The notes under the pieces: model-generated
Database searches by the model: none
What the model was told of the DNA's origin: nothing
Seen by the model: only the letters and a program-made list of their open reading frames with translations
Shown: in pieces, positions 48,986 to 59,345 of the stretch
Position numbering within the stretch: the first letter of the stretch is position 1
How the letters are laid out: each line of letters starts with the position of its first letter
Origin: Nitrospirota bacterium
GTDB taxonomy: Bacteria; Nitrospirota; UBA9217
Assembly (NCBI GenBank): GCA_963749655.1
Contig: CAVVOB010000012.1
Location: 1-64,000, forward strand
Reading direction: 5' to 3'
Length of the DNA: 64,000 nucleotides
Translations under genes and position numbers: made by a program

Positions 48986-49903
48986 TCATGAGCGGTTCCG
49001 ACCTTTGCTGCGTCGGTTTGTCCCTTCGCGACCGGCCGCCTTTCTCTGATATTCCGACGGCGTCAGGTTGAAGGCCTTGTGAAAACAAGTAGAGAGGTAC
49101 GACGGACTGTTGAAGCCGCAGTCGAGGGCTATTTCACTGACCGACTTGTCGCCGGCAAGGAGCAGCTTCTTTGCCCGTTCCAGACGAAGGTCCTGCACGT
49201 ACTCCATGGGCGGCTTGCCCGCTTCCTGCCGGAAGACCCGCGCAAAATGAGACGGCGAGAGGCGGGCGATCGCGGCGAGGACCTCGATCGTGATGGCGGC
49301 ATCGAGGTTGGAATGGATGTATTCCATGGCCCGGCCTACCTCCACCCGGTCCGCCATCCGATCCCGCGCCGCCGGCGCCTTGACGATCGACCGTATCAGG
49401 GAATGACATATTTCAACGGCTAAGGCCGACAGGATAGCATCGGTCCCTGCAATCCCGCTGTCGGACTCGATCATGAATCGTTTGAGGAGCTGCAGCAGCC
49501 CCCGGTCCGGCTGAAAGGAGGAGCAGCGAAAGACGGGCGGCTTTCTGCGGGAATAGAGGCGGTACTGTTGATGGAAAAAATTCCGGTCTATCATTACGGC
49601 AATGTAGCGGGGAGGGACGTCGGAAGGAAGCTCCTGGTGCGGGATGCCGGGGGAAAGGGCGGAGAACATTCCCGGCGCTCCGGGTATTACCCTGGTGTCC
49701 ATTTTCACGGACGTCTGGTCGTCGAAGTGGAGAATGAAACTGTACGCCGGATGGGTATGCTCGGGAGTGAGGGCGTAGAAGCACGACCCGCCCACGGGCA
49801 TGAACAGGGCTATCGTGTCAACAGCGAAGCAGTCCACGTACCGGAGCTGCTCCCTGGTGACTTCACCCACCAGACGGCGAATGGCGGCAAGTTCGTTTTT
49901 CAC
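48986..49903 (-). CDS. AraC family transcriptional regulator
   Basis: PEHTHPAY cupin-like sensor, LSPSHFARVF, RLERAKKLL, CGFNSPSYL. Confidence 0.9.
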   Translation of the reverse strand: MKNELAAIRRLVGEVTREQLRYVDCFAVDTIALFMPVGGSCFYALTPEHTHPAYSFILHFDDQTSVKMDTRVIPGAPGMFSALSPGIPHQELPSDVPPRYIAVMIDRNFFHQQYRLYSRRKPPVFRCSSFQPDRGLLQLLKRFMIESDSGIAGTDAILSALAVEICHSLIRSIVKAPAARDRMADRVEVGRAMEYIHSNLDAAITIEVLAAIARLSPSHFARVFRQEAGKPPMEYVQDLRLERAKKLLLAGDKSVSEIALDCGFNSPSYLSTCFHKAFNLTPSEYQRKAAGREGTNRRSKGRNRS

Positions 49904-50212
49904 GGCCCGATTATCGCACAAATATCTCCCTGCTGACAAGCTTCCGGTGAATATAACCTGCGCAATTGAAAAACTGTTGAAATCCCCAACCTGCGCACAA
50001 ACGCACACAAATTTTGGGAAACATGCGATTCTCCCCGCAATGATTCATTATATATATCAACAGGGTATTATGTTGGCATGCCATGTGCAACCTTCAGAAA
50101 CAGAAAGCACGATTATTGGTTTTTTTTGTGCCGGCCTGTAAAGACCGGATTAATGTGTCATCGTCCCGAGGCATGCCTCGTTACTATTTCGCGCGACAGG
50201 GGGGGAAGCATC

Positions 50213-50530
50213 ATGGCCAAGAAAAATTGTTGGGATTTCAAGAAATGCGAACGGCAACCCGGCGGCAGGCTGGTCGGCGAACTCGGCATCTGTCCTGCAT
50301 CCACGGAAAAGGCGCTGAGCACCGTTCATGGCGGAGTCAATGCGGGACGGGCGTGCTGGGTCGTGGCGGGCACGTTCTGCGGCGGCGTGGTCCAGGGCAC
50401 TGAAGCGCATAAGCAGCACAATTGCTGGAAATGCGATTTTTTTCAACATGTGAGAAAAGAAGAGGAAGCTGCGCCTGCCGGATTTTCAGGTACCCTGCTC
50501 GGCATGCAGAGGGTCCTTGCAAAAAGGTAG
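50213..50530 (+). CDS. Two-CW domain Cys-rich protein
   Basis: NCWDFKKC..CPA..GGVNAGRACWVVAGTFCGG..CWKCDFF. Confidence 0.75.
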   Translation: MAKKNCWDFKKCERQPGGRLVGELGICPASTEKALSTVHGGVNAGRACWVVAGTFCGGVVQGTEAHKQHNCWKCDFFQHVRKEEEAAPAGFSGTLLGMQRVLAKR

Positions 50531-50734
50531 CTTCGTCGTTGCGGGGGAGGGACAGTCTGCGCCGGGTACGACGGCAATCCCGCAGTTCCACCTGGCATCC
50601 GTGCATACGCACTCGTAACCGCCGGGTGCAGGCGGGAGGTCGTTATGATTTTGAGTCCCGACAAGTCGGGATGCCGGAGGGGGCTCCACTGACTGCGTCC
50701 GGTGAAGGACTTTACAAGATCAGCGGGAGGGTCG

Positions 50735-51574
50735 TCAATCCCCGAAGATCTCACCGTCAAGAACACCCTCGCCCACGCGGGTGACCGGGCCTTTCATCGA
50801 TATCGAAAAATCCTTCGATACGGCGATGTCGATCGTGCCGCCCGGCATGACGACCTGCACCGGGGAGTCGCAGAGGCCCAATCTGCAGGCCACTGCTGCC
50901 GCTGCCGAGCTGCTGCTGCCCGATGCGAGCGTATATCCCGCGCCGCGCTCCCAGATCTCGATCCGGATAGCGTGGCGGTCAATGGCGTTCATGAACTGGA
51001 CATTGGTGCGGTTCGGGAAGCGGTGGTCCCTCTCGATCATCGGGCCGTAGTGCCGGGCCGCCTCTTCCGTGGGTGCATCGAAGAGGACGACGCAGTGGGG
51101 ATTGCCGATCGTGGCGGCGCAGAAAGTAAAATGTCGTCCCTCGAGATCGATCGTTTCGTTCAACACCTCCCGCTTCGGACCTGCCACGGGAATGCGGCTG
51201 CTGTCAAAGCTTACCCTTCCCATCTCCACGGTGACCACGCGGCCTCCGGGATGGACCTGCGCCGAGACCAGCCCGCCGGGGGTCAGAATAGTGAAGGGCT
51301 TGAAGGACACGAGCCCCTTATCCCAGAGATACCGCGAAAAAATCCGGAGCCCGTTCCCGCTTTTTTCCGCCTCGCTGCCGTCGGGATTGAAGATGCGCAG
51401 GGCAAAGTCGCATTCCGGCGCACTGATCGGTCCGAAAAGGATCCCGTCTGAGCCGATTCCGTAATTGCGGTGGCAGATGCGCCGGATCTGCTCCGGCGTC
51501 AGCAGGGCCTTCGTGTCTGCGGGCGGAATGACGAGGTAGTCGTTGCCGAGGGCGTGGTATTTTGTGAAGTGCAT
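50735..51574 (-). CDS. dapF: Diaminopimelate epimerase
   Basis: KYHALGND, GIGSDG, NPDGSEAEKSGNG, GNPH, NVQF, ERGAG.TLASGSS (Ser in place of the catalytic Cys pair). Confidence 0.85.
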   Translation of the reverse strand: MHFTKYHALGNDYLVIPPADTKALLTPEQIRRICHRNYGIGSDGILFGPISAPECDFALRIFNPDGSEAEKSGNGLRIFSRYLWDKGLVSFKPFTILTPGGLVSAQVHPGGRVVTVEMGRVSFDSSRIPVAGPKREVLNETIDLEGRHFTFCAATIGNPHCVVLFDAPTEEAARHYGPMIERDHRFPNRTNVQFMNAIDRHAIRIEIWERGAGYTLASGSSSSAAAAVACRLGLCDSPVQVVMPGGTIDIAVSKDFSISMKGPVTRVGEGVLDGEIFGD

Positions 51575-51829
51575 GGACGATAGACGAGCCAGAAGAGTTT
51601 TTGCCACGGAAATCACCGAACAGCGGAGAAACATCAAAGTCAAGCATCTTGAGACAACAGCGAACGCCCTTCCGACCGCATGTCGGAGACTTGGTTTTTG
51701 AGTTAAGTTTTTGAACTAAAAAAGGAAACCTATTTTCCCGCTGAGTCGCTGAGGCGCAGTGAAAAAGCTTCGAAACTTTTCAGCGTCCCTGCGTTTCCGC
51801 GCGAGACCGTTTCCGATTCTGAATTCATA

Positions 51830-52738
51830 TCACGGCGGGCACTGGGCGCAGACCGATGTGAAGAGGGCCGTGCTGAGGTAGCGGTCGCCCCGGTCGGGCA
51901 GGATCACGACGATCGTCCCGTCCTTCATCTCCTTCGCCTTCTGGATCGCGCCCCACATGGCCGCGCCGCTGCTCATGCCCACGAAGAGCCCTTCTTCGAG
52001 CGCCAGTCTGCGGGTGGTCGTGAAGGCCTCGTCATCGGGAACGTTCCGCTTCTCATCGAGCGCTGAAGGATTGAAAATTTTCGGGACGATGGCTTCGGTC
52101 ATGTTCTTGAGCCCCTGGATCTTGTGCCCAAGGTTGGGTTCGATGCCCACAACGGTAATGGAGCTGTTGAGCTCCTTCAGGCGCCTGCCCGCTCCCATGA
52201 GCGTGCCGGACGTGCCCATGCCCGCGACGAAAACGCTGACATCTCCCTTTGTCTGCTCGTACGCCTCTTTGCCCGTCGTTTCGTAATGGGCACTGACGTT
52301 TGCGGTATTGTCGAACTGATTGGGCATGAAGTAGCCGTTCCGGTGCTCGTCGTAGATTTTATGAGCAAGCCGGATCGCGCCGTCCGTGCCCTCATTCCCC
52401 GGGCTCAGCACGAGTTCGGCGCCGAAGGCCTCCAGGATTTTTCTGCGCTCCATACTCACGCATGCGGGCATGACGAGCTTGACCTTGTAGCCCCGCGCAG
52501 TGCCGACCATGGCAAGCCCGATGCCGGTGTTGCCTGATGTGGCTTCCAGAATGGTGGAGCCTTTCGCGAGCTTTCCTTCCTGTTCAGCGGTCTTGACCAT
52601 GTACCAGGCGATGCGGTCCTTCACCGAGCCGCCGGGATTGTTGCCTTCGAGCTTGGCAAGAAGCCTCACCTTCGGGTTCGGATTGATCCTGTCCAGCCTT
52701 ACGAGCGGCGTGTTGCCGATGGTATCGAGAACACTCAT
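51830..52738 (-). CDS. cysM: Cysteine synthase (PLP-dependent, CysM/CysK family)
   Basis: IGNTPLV, NPGGSVKDR, EATSGNTG, NQFDN, GTSGT, DRGDRYLST. Confidence 0.9.
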   Translation of the reverse strand: MSVLDTIGNTPLVRLDRINPNPKVRLLAKLEGNNPGGSVKDRIAWYMVKTAEQEGKLAKGSTILEATSGNTGIGLAMVGTARGYKVKLVMPACVSMERRKILEAFGAELVLSPGNEGTDGAIRLAHKIYDEHRNGYFMPNQFDNTANVSAHYETTGKEAYEQTKGDVSVFVAGMGTSGTLMGAGRRLKELNSSITVVGIEPNLGHKIQGLKNMTEAIVPKIFNPSALDEKRNVPDDEAFTTTRRLALEEGLFVGMSSGAAMWGAIQKAKEMKDGTIVVILPDRGDRYLSTALFTSVCAQCPP

Positions 52739-52917
52739 GAATGATTTCCCCCTGGCATCCGGACACGGGCGCAGGCTTTCGCGGGACTCCCGCACTCGCG
52801 GTCAAAAACAGCGCGATCATAGTACTCTCTCCCCGAATTGATGTCAACCGCCAACAGTTTGAGGAAGGGGCGTAAGTCCTCCTCCTTTATGACAGGACTG
52901 CGCAGCTCACCCCGGCG

Positions 52918-53976
52918 TCATTGGCCCGGCGGCTTCCCGTCCCCGGCAGGACCGGGATGGTTTTCAAGCCACGCTTGAAGGAGCGCAACCCGCTTTTTCA
53001 CTTCCGGAAGCTCCATCGGCGCATACCGTGCAACCGCGCCCGGACCCCGCTTGAGCAGTACTTCATAGGGCTCGCCGAGGACAACGGTGAAATGGTACCA
53101 GGTCGCCAGTTCGGCGAAGTCATCGGCCCAGTTCTGGCTGCCGTAAAGCGAGACAAAAGGAGTCCTGGCCAGCCGTTCGTACAGTGCCGGAGCGTCGTCA
53201 ATGCCGATCCTGGGGCCGCCGGCCAAGCCGTAAAAAGTAATGTCCTTTCTGCCGTCGAAATCAAAGGCGGGAACCGGTGTCGAAATATCGCGCCATATTC
53301 CTTCGGTCAGGAGCGTCGACGAAGGCAGGTTCTGCTGCAGCATGTTTTTTATCGTAGTGTCGGTGAACGGCGTGGCGCGTTCCACATAATCGACGACGTG
53401 GGCGGCTTCATGGAGCAGGATATACAGAAAGCCCCGGTACCGGGAGCCGCAATTTACGGCGATGCTTATCTGCGGATTGTTCCGGAGAAAACAAGTATTC
53501 TCGCGATAGGTCATCCACGTGGAAATGCCCGCCTTCAGCACGTCCGGGTTGAACACGATCACCGTGAAGGGTTCTCCATGATCGCCGATTACGGCGAAGG
53601 TCATGCCGCTGCCGACGAAGTTGCCGATAAAGTAGAAGGCGATGAGCCTGCGCTGCAGAACTTCTCTTTGATATTCAGGAAGGAGGTCCAGGTACTCCTT
53701 GATGAGGGCGAGTTCATCAGGTGCCGGCGAGTAGGACGAGTAATCGTGCCGTTTGTCGGATTTTTTTAAAAAATCCAGGACAAAACCGGGAACAGGCTTC
53801 ACCCGGTCTATCAGGGTACTCCCGGAGTTGAAGGCAAAGGAGCGGAGCTGTTGCGCCCGGGCCTCGGGCAGTCCTTTCCTGGAAGAGAAAACGCAGGAAG
53901 AGCAAAGGACCAGGATTGCGAGAACGGCGAAAACCCGGTGCAGCAGAGGTCGAGGAAAGCGGAAGAGCACGGACAT
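52918..53976 (-). CDS. Secreted/lipoprotein with HExxH motif (putative zinc metallopeptidase)
   Basis: Signal peptide with CSSC, LLHEAAHVVD, SLYG...W.DDFAE. Confidence 0.6.
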   Translation of the reverse strand: MSVLFRFPRPLLHRVFAVLAILVLCSSCVFSSRKGLPEARAQQLRSFAFNSGSTLIDRVKPVPGFVLDFLKKSDKRHDYSSYSPAPDELALIKEYLDLLPEYQREVLQRRLIAFYFIGNFVGSGMTFAVIGDHGEPFTVIVFNPDVLKAGISTWMTYRENTCFLRNNPQISIAVNCGSRYRGFLYILLHEAAHVVDYVERATPFTDTTIKNMLQQNLPSSTLLTEGIWRDISTPVPAFDFDGRKDITFYGLAGGPRIGIDDAPALYERLARTPFVSLYGSQNWADDFAELATWYHFTVVLGEPYEVLLKRGPGAVARYAPMELPEVKKRVALLQAWLENHPGPAGDGKPPGQ

Positions 53977-54193
53977 GGATGGGGTCGTACCTCCTTAATA
54001 ACGATCGCGCAGCTCTTAGTGCGGCATGTGCGAGTGTAGGATGGGCAGGAGGGATTGTCAATTGGATTGTGAGAGAGAGCGGTCAAGACCGGGGTGCAGG
54101 GTTTTTCTTTAAATTGACATTCAAGGACTGTTCGGTTACAATTCTACACGTTCTTCATCGTTTTTCCATCACATCTTTCGGAGGTTCTACAAC

Positions 54194-55753
54194 GTGGCCA
54201 AAGTGACCCGCGCGCTCATCAGCGTATCGAACAAGGACGGCATCCTCGATTTTGCACGGGAAATTTCCAAGCTCGGAATCGAGATCCTCTCGACCGGAGG
54301 GACGGCGAAAATGCTGCGCGACTCCGGTGTGGCGGTGAAGGACGTGTCGGAGTTTACGGGATTCCCGGAGATGCTCGACGGCAGGGTCAAAACTCTGCAT
54401 CCGAAGGTCCACGGCGGCCTCCTCGGCATCCGGAGCAATCCCGAACATGTGAAGCAGATGAAGCAGCACGGGATCGAGCCCATAGACCTCGTCGTTGTGA
54501 ACCTCTATCCCTTCGAGCAGACCGTCGCGAAGCCCGGCGTGAGCTTCGAAGAAGCCATTGAGAACATCGACATCGGCGGGCCGACCATGCTCCGCTCGGC
54601 GGCCAAGAACCACCGCGACGTCGCCGTCGTCGTCTCGCCGCGCGATTACAGCCGCGTGCTCGACGAGATCCGGAAGACGGGCGAGGTTTCGGCCAAGACG
54701 CGCTTCGAGCTCTGCCGCACCGTGTTCCTCCATACGGCCCGTTACGACAGCGCCATCTCGGCATGGCTCGACAGCCAGGTGCCGGCCGACGAGAAAACAC
54801 GCTTCCCGAACATTCTGACGCTGCAGTTCGAGAAAGTGCAGAACCTGCGCTACGGAGAGAACCCGCACCAGCAGGGCGCTTTCTACCGCGAGTTCGGCCG
54901 CAAGGAGCCGTCGGTGTCCAGCGCCCGGCAGCTCCAGGGCAAGGAGATGTCGTTCAACAACTTCCTCGACGCCAACAGCGCGCTCGAGCTCGCCAAGGAA
55001 TACGACGGGACCGCTGCGGTCATCGTGAAGCACAACAATCCCTGCGGCGTTGCCGTGGCATCGAGCCTTGCAGAGGCGTACCGGAAGGCTCGGGACTGTG
55101 ATCCCGTCTCGGCCTTCGGGGGAGTGATCGCCTTCAACCGCATGGTGGACAGGGAAACGGCGAAGGAGCTGACGGCTACCTTCGTCGAAGTCGTGGTGGC
55201 CCCGGAGTTCGCACCCGATGCGCTCGAGGAGTTGAAAAAGAAGAAAGATCTGCGGGTCCTGGACATCGGTCCGTCCGTCGCCGGGACGCCGGAAGGCATG
55301 GACCTCAAGAAGGTCGTGGGCGGCGTCATTTACCAGGACCGCGATCTCGGCAGGATCGCCGACGTCAGGACGCTCAGGGTGGCGACGAAGCGAAAGCCCA
55401 CGGACGACGAATATGAAGCGCTCGCCTTTGCCTGGAAGGTGTGCAAACACGTCAAGTCCAATGCCATCGTGTTCACCACAAAAGACCGGACCGTCGGCAT
55501 CGGCGCCGGCCAGATGAGCCGCCTGGATTCGGTGAAGATCGCCAGAATTAAGGCCCAGTCCCCGCTCAAGGGAACCGTGCTGGCGTCCGACGCGTTCTTC
55601 CCCTTCCGCGACGGCCTCGACGAAGCCGCGGCAGCGGGCGTGACCGCCGTAATCCAGCCGGGCGGATCGCTCAAGGATGATGAAGTCATCAAGGCGGCCG
55701 AGGAACACGGCATCGCCATGATCATGACGGGGATGAGGCATTTCAGGCATTGA
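54194..55753 (+). CDS. purH: Bifunctional AICAR transformylase/IMP cyclohydrolase
   Basis: RALISVS, GRVKTLHP, IDIGGPTM, LRYGENPHQ, KHNNPCG, KHVKSNAI, SDAFFPFRD, RHFRH. Confidence 0.97.
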   Translation: MAKVTRALISVSNKDGILDFAREISKLGIEILSTGGTAKMLRDSGVAVKDVSEFTGFPEMLDGRVKTLHPKVHGGLLGIRSNPEHVKQMKQHGIEPIDLVVVNLYPFEQTVAKPGVSFEEAIENIDIGGPTMLRSAAKNHRDVAVVVSPRDYSRVLDEIRKTGEVSAKTRFELCRTVFLHTARYDSAISAWLDSQVPADEKTRFPNILTLQFEKVQNLRYGENPHQQGAFYREFGRKEPSVSSARQLQGKEMSFNNFLDANSALELAKEYDGTAAVIVKHNNPCGVAVASSLAEAYRKARDCDPVSAFGGVIAFNRMVDRETAKELTATFVEVVVAPEFAPDALEELKKKKDLRVLDIGPSVAGTPEGMDLKKVVGGVIYQDRDLGRIADVRTLRVATKRKPTDDEYEALAFAWKVCKHVKSNAIVFTTKDRTVGIGAGQMSRLDSVKIARIKAQSPLKGTVLASDAFFPFRDGLDEAAAAGVTAVIQPGGSLKDDEVIKAAEEHGIAMIMTGMRHFRH

Positions 55754-55809
55754 TCCGAAGGAACGTTTCCGGCTGTGACGTCCATGCAACGGCGTGCGGC
55801 ATGTGAACT

Positions 55810-56367
55810 ATGAAAAAGACAGCACTAACACTGGTCATCTGCCTCGTCCTCCTCGTCGCCTGCAAGCGACCGGATCCCCGCAAACCGACGGTCATCCTGC
55901 CCGTGACCGAGCATAACGGGAAGGAAGAGAAGACCCTGGCCCCTTATTACCACGGCCTGATCGAGGAATACCGGACCATCCTTGCCGAGGATCCGAATAA
56001 TCTTGCGGCGATCATCGGGCTGGGCAACGCCTACTACGACAACGGGGAGTGGAAAAGAGCGATTACCATGTACCAGCACGCGCTGGCGATCGATCCGCGG
56101 AACTCCGACGTGCACACCGACATGGGGACCGCATTCCGGAACATGCATATGACGGAGCGTGCGCTGGCCGAGTATCGGATCGCCCTCAGGTACGAACCCG
56201 GCCATCTGAACGCCCGCTACAATATGGGCGTCATCTACGCCTACGACACCAAGGACATCAAAGCCGCCATCCATGTGTGGGAGGAGCTCCTGAAGCTGGC
56301 CCCGAACTTCCCCCATGCCGAATATATACGTACGAGCATTGCCGACCTGCACGAGAGGCTCAAATAA
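55810..56367 (+). CDS. TPR-repeat lipoprotein
   Basis: Lipobox LVAC; three TPR motifs (LGNAYYD, MGTAF, MGVIY). Confidence 0.85.
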   Translation: MKKTALTLVICLVLLVACKRPDPRKPTVILPVTEHNGKEEKTLAPYYHGLIEEYRTILAEDPNNLAAIIGLGNAYYDNGEWKRAITMYQHALAIDPRNSDVHTDMGTAFRNMHMTERALAEYRIALRYEPGHLNARYNMGVIYAYDTKDIKAAIHVWEELLKLAPNFPHAEYIRTSIADLHERLK

Positions 56368-56374
56368 GGAAGAT

Positions 56375-56635
56375 ATGATTCGCAGCCTGCTTTTACTTGC
56401 CTGTATCGCCGCGGTCTACTTTGCGTTGAAGACCCTGTTCCGGTCCGCCGTCCACGGCTACCAGTCCGAGGACCGTCAGCGCGGCCGGCTCATGGGCGAA
56501 GATATGGTGCTCGACCCCGAGTGCCGGACCTATGTTCCGAAACGCCGGGCCGTGACCCGGCGCATCGGGGGCGTCCCGTGCTTCTTCTGCAGTGAAGCCT
56601 GCGCGAAGGCGTACCAGGAAAAGCACGAGGCCTGA
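56375..56635 (+). CDS. Small YHS/TRASH-domain membrane protein
   Basis: MVLDPECRTYVP..FFCSEAC; AAGGA RBS. Confidence 0.75.
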   Translation: MIRSLLLLACIAAVYFALKTLFRSAVHGYQSEDRQRGRLMGEDMVLDPECRTYVPKRRAVTRRIGGVPCFFCSEACAKAYQEKHEA

Positions 56636-56649
56636 TTGCGGACACCGGT

Positions 56650-57279
56650 ATGGCATTGTTCCTTCCCAAAGACTTTTTCTTGTTACGGCTTCTTGCTTCG
56701 CTCCTGCTGCTGAGCTGCATGGCACCCGTATCCGAAGCGCCGTCGAAACAGGCTGTCCTGGCGTCTCTGTCCGACCCGGCCACGGGCCCCCTCATGATCG
56801 TCATCAGGAAATCGGGCTACACCCTGACACTCTACAAAGGCGACACGGCGGTGAAGACCTACCGTGCGGCCTTCGGCAAAGGATTCGACGACGGCGACAA
56901 GCGGAGGCAGGGAGACAAACGGACGCCAGAAGGCGCTTTCTACATCTGCTCCATGAACCCGAGCAAGCGGTTCTACAAGTTTCTCGGCCTGAGCTATCCG
57001 AGCCTGAAACACGCGGAGTACGGGCTCCAGGCAAAGTTGATCACGCCCGAGGAGTTCCTGGCGATCAAAAAAGCACTTGAGGAACGGCAGCCGCCGCCCT
57101 GGGACACTCCTCTCGGAGGCGCCGTGGGAATACACGGCAGGAGTCTCGACAACCCGACATCGGGCCTGTCCGTAACGGACACGAATTGGACCGACGGCTG
57201 CATCGCACTGGACAACGCGGCCGTGGACGAGATCTACGGTGTGGTAAGCCTCGGGACCCCCGTTCTGATCACGCCGTAA
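56650..57279 (+). CDS. L,D-transpeptidase family (YkuD) lipoprotein
   Basis: K...GD.RTPEG.F, LSYP, LGG.VGIHG, WTDGCIAL. Confidence 0.9.
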   Translation: MALFLPKDFFLLRLLASLLLLSCMAPVSEAPSKQAVLASLSDPATGPLMIVIRKSGYTLTLYKGDTAVKTYRAAFGKGFDDGDKRRQGDKRTPEGAFYICSMNPSKRFYKFLGLSYPSLKHAEYGLQAKLITPEEFLAIKKALEERQPPPWDTPLGGAVGIHGRSLDNPTSGLSVTDTNWTDGCIALDNAAVDEIYGVVSLGTPVLITP

Positions 57280-57286
57280 TAAAAGG

Positions 57287-58624
57287 ATGTTCCCGGCCTG
57301 GAGACAGGTTTCCCTTCAGATGCCGCACCGGCAAATGACACAACCCTCTTTTCATAGGTCTTTACAAGCTTCGCTTCTTGAGCCCTTCCGCAGGGAGATC
57401 GAGCGTTGCGTCCGGTGCGGCGCCTGCCGCGCCGTCTGTCCTCCCTTTCTGCAGGAACGGGGCGAGTCGTTCTCAGCCCGCGGCAGAATGGCCCTGATCA
57501 AGGCTGTGCTGGACGGAAAGCTCCGGGTCAGCACGCTTTTCCGGGACCGACTCACCACCTGCACGGGCTGTCTTGCCTGCGAAGCCTCCTGTCCCAGCGG
57601 CGTGCCCGTGACGGAAATCATCCAGGCCGCAAAAGAGCAGGCCATCGCCGAGGCAGGGACCGGACTTATCGACAGGATCCTTGCCGGCGTGGCGAACCAC
57701 CCCGCTGCGTTCCGCGCGACTGCGTGGCTTGCGCCGGCTATGCTGCACTATTCGCGAGGTTACAAACCACGAATTCGGAATGCGGAATCCCCGATAGTAT
57801 CGGGACAGGTCTCCATGCGGAATGAAGCAAAGACAGCCAGTACCGGCACGGTAGCGTTTTACCCGGGATGTGCGGTCAACTACCTTCAGCAGGACATCGG
57901 CAGGGCGACAGTTTCAGTGCTCGCCATGCTCGGCTGGAAGGTGCTCATTCCCGAAGGGCTGAAATGCTGCGGCAAGCCGCTGCTCTCGCTCGGCGACCGC
58001 GCAGCTGCGCAGGAGTTGGCGGAGCACAATTCTGCGGTCCTCGCCGGGGCGGGTGCTGATGCGATTGTTACCGTCTGCGCCTCCTGCGGCTTGACTTTCA
58101 AAAGGGATTATCCTAAACTGCTGCGGCCCGGAAAGAAACCGCCCGTTGTTCTCGATATTCACGAATTTCTCGCCGGTCCCTTTTCGCGCGCGGAGTCCGG
58201 CCCGGTCCGCCGGCGGGTGACCTGGCACGACCCCTGCCACCTTTCACGGGGGCAGGGCCTGTCCTCGACGGCGCGCGCAGTCATCCGCTCGATCCCCGGA
58301 ATCGAACTGGTCGAGATGAACGATGCCGACCGCTGCTGCGGCTTCGGCGGTCTGATGCGCGTCACGCATCACGACCTCTCGGACTCAATTGCGAAAGAAA
58401 AGGCAGGAAACATCATCGCGACCCGTGCGTCGGCGGTCGTTACCGGCTGCCCCGGCTGTTGCATGCAGATCTCCCATGCGTTGAAGAGAGCGGGCTCGGA
58501 CATTGAAGTGCTGCACACGGTGCAGCTGATTGAAAAAGCGATGTCCAATGCGGAATCGCCGATAAAATCGGGACGGGTTTCCCTGCGGAATGGGGAATTG
58601 GAAAAGACGGGACAAACCGCGTAG
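57287..58624 (+). CDS. GlcF-like Fe-S oxidoreductase subunit (2x[4Fe-4S] plus two CCG domains)
   Basis: CVRCGACRAVCP, CTGCLACEASCP, CCG, HDPCHL, CCGFGG, CPGC; start uncertain. Confidence 0.9.
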   Translation: MFPAWRQVSLQMPHRQMTQPSFHRSLQASLLEPFRREIERCVRCGACRAVCPPFLQERGESFSARGRMALIKAVLDGKLRVSTLFRDRLTTCTGCLACEASCPSGVPVTEIIQAAKEQAIAEAGTGLIDRILAGVANHPAAFRATAWLAPAMLHYSRGYKPRIRNAESPIVSGQVSMRNEAKTASTGTVAFYPGCAVNYLQQDIGRATVSVLAMLGWKVLIPEGLKCCGKPLLSLGDRAAAQELAEHNSAVLAGAGADAIVTVCASCGLTFKRDYPKLLRPGKKPPVVLDIHEFLAGPFSRAESGPVRRRVTWHDPCHLSRGQGLSSTARAVIRSIPGIELVEMNDADRCCGFGGLMRVTHHDLSDSIAKEKAGNIIATRASAVVTGCPGCCMQISHALKRAGSDIEVLHTVQLIEKAMSNAESPIKSGRVSLRNGELEKTGQTA

Positions 58625-58681
58625 CCGCAGGTTTCAGCCTGCGAAATAAAAATGACAATATTCTGGCAGGAAAGGAAAACC

Positions 58682-59329
58682 ATGAAATTTTTTATTGACA
58701 CGGCAAACGTGAAGGAAATCCGCGAGGCAGCGGCGCTTGGAGTGGTCGACGGGGTCACGACGAACCCGTCGCTCATTGCGAAGGAGGGGCGGGACTTCAA
58801 ACAGGTGATCGCCGAGATCTGCTCCCTTGTCGACGGCCCGATCAGCGCCGAGGCCGTGAGCCTCGAGGCGGACAAGATGGTCGCCGAGGGGGAGGACCTT
58901 GCAAAGATCCATCAGAACATCGTGGTCAAGCTCCCCATGACCAAGGACGGGCTCAAGGCGACGAAGATCCTCGCTGAAAAGGGCATCAGGGTGAACATGA
59001 CGCTGGTGTTCTCCCCCACGCAGGCGCTGCTCGCGGCAAAGGTCGGCGCGGCCTTTGTGAGCCCCTTTGTCGGAAGGCTCGACGACATCAGCCACTACGG
59101 CATGGACCTGGTGCGGCAGATCGTGACGATCTACGGCAATTACGGTTTCGGGACGGAAGTCATCGTCGCAAGCGTAAGGAACCCCCTCCATGTCGTCGAT
59201 GCGGCCCTTGCGGGGGCCCATATCGCCACGATTCCCTTCGGCGTCATCGACCAGCTGGTGAAACACCCGCTCACGGACATCGGGATCGACAAGTTCCTTG
59301 CGGATTGGAAGAAACTGGAGAAGAAGTAA
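58682..59329 (+). CDS. fsa: Transaldolase / fructose-6-phosphate aldolase family
   Basis: [41 protein letters not shown]. Confidence 0.92.
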   Translation: MKFFIDTANVKEIREAAALGVVDGVTTNPSLIAKEGRDFKQVIAEICSLVDGPISAEAVSLEADKMVAEGEDLAKIHQNIVVKLPMTKDGLKATKILAEKGIRVNMTLVFSPTQALLAAKVGAAFVSPFVGRLDDISHYGMDLVRQIVTIYGNYGFGTEVIVASVRNPLHVVDAALAGAHIATIPFGVIDQLVKHPLTDIGIDKFLADWKKLEKK

Positions 59330-59345
59330 AGCCGGAGAAGAACTT

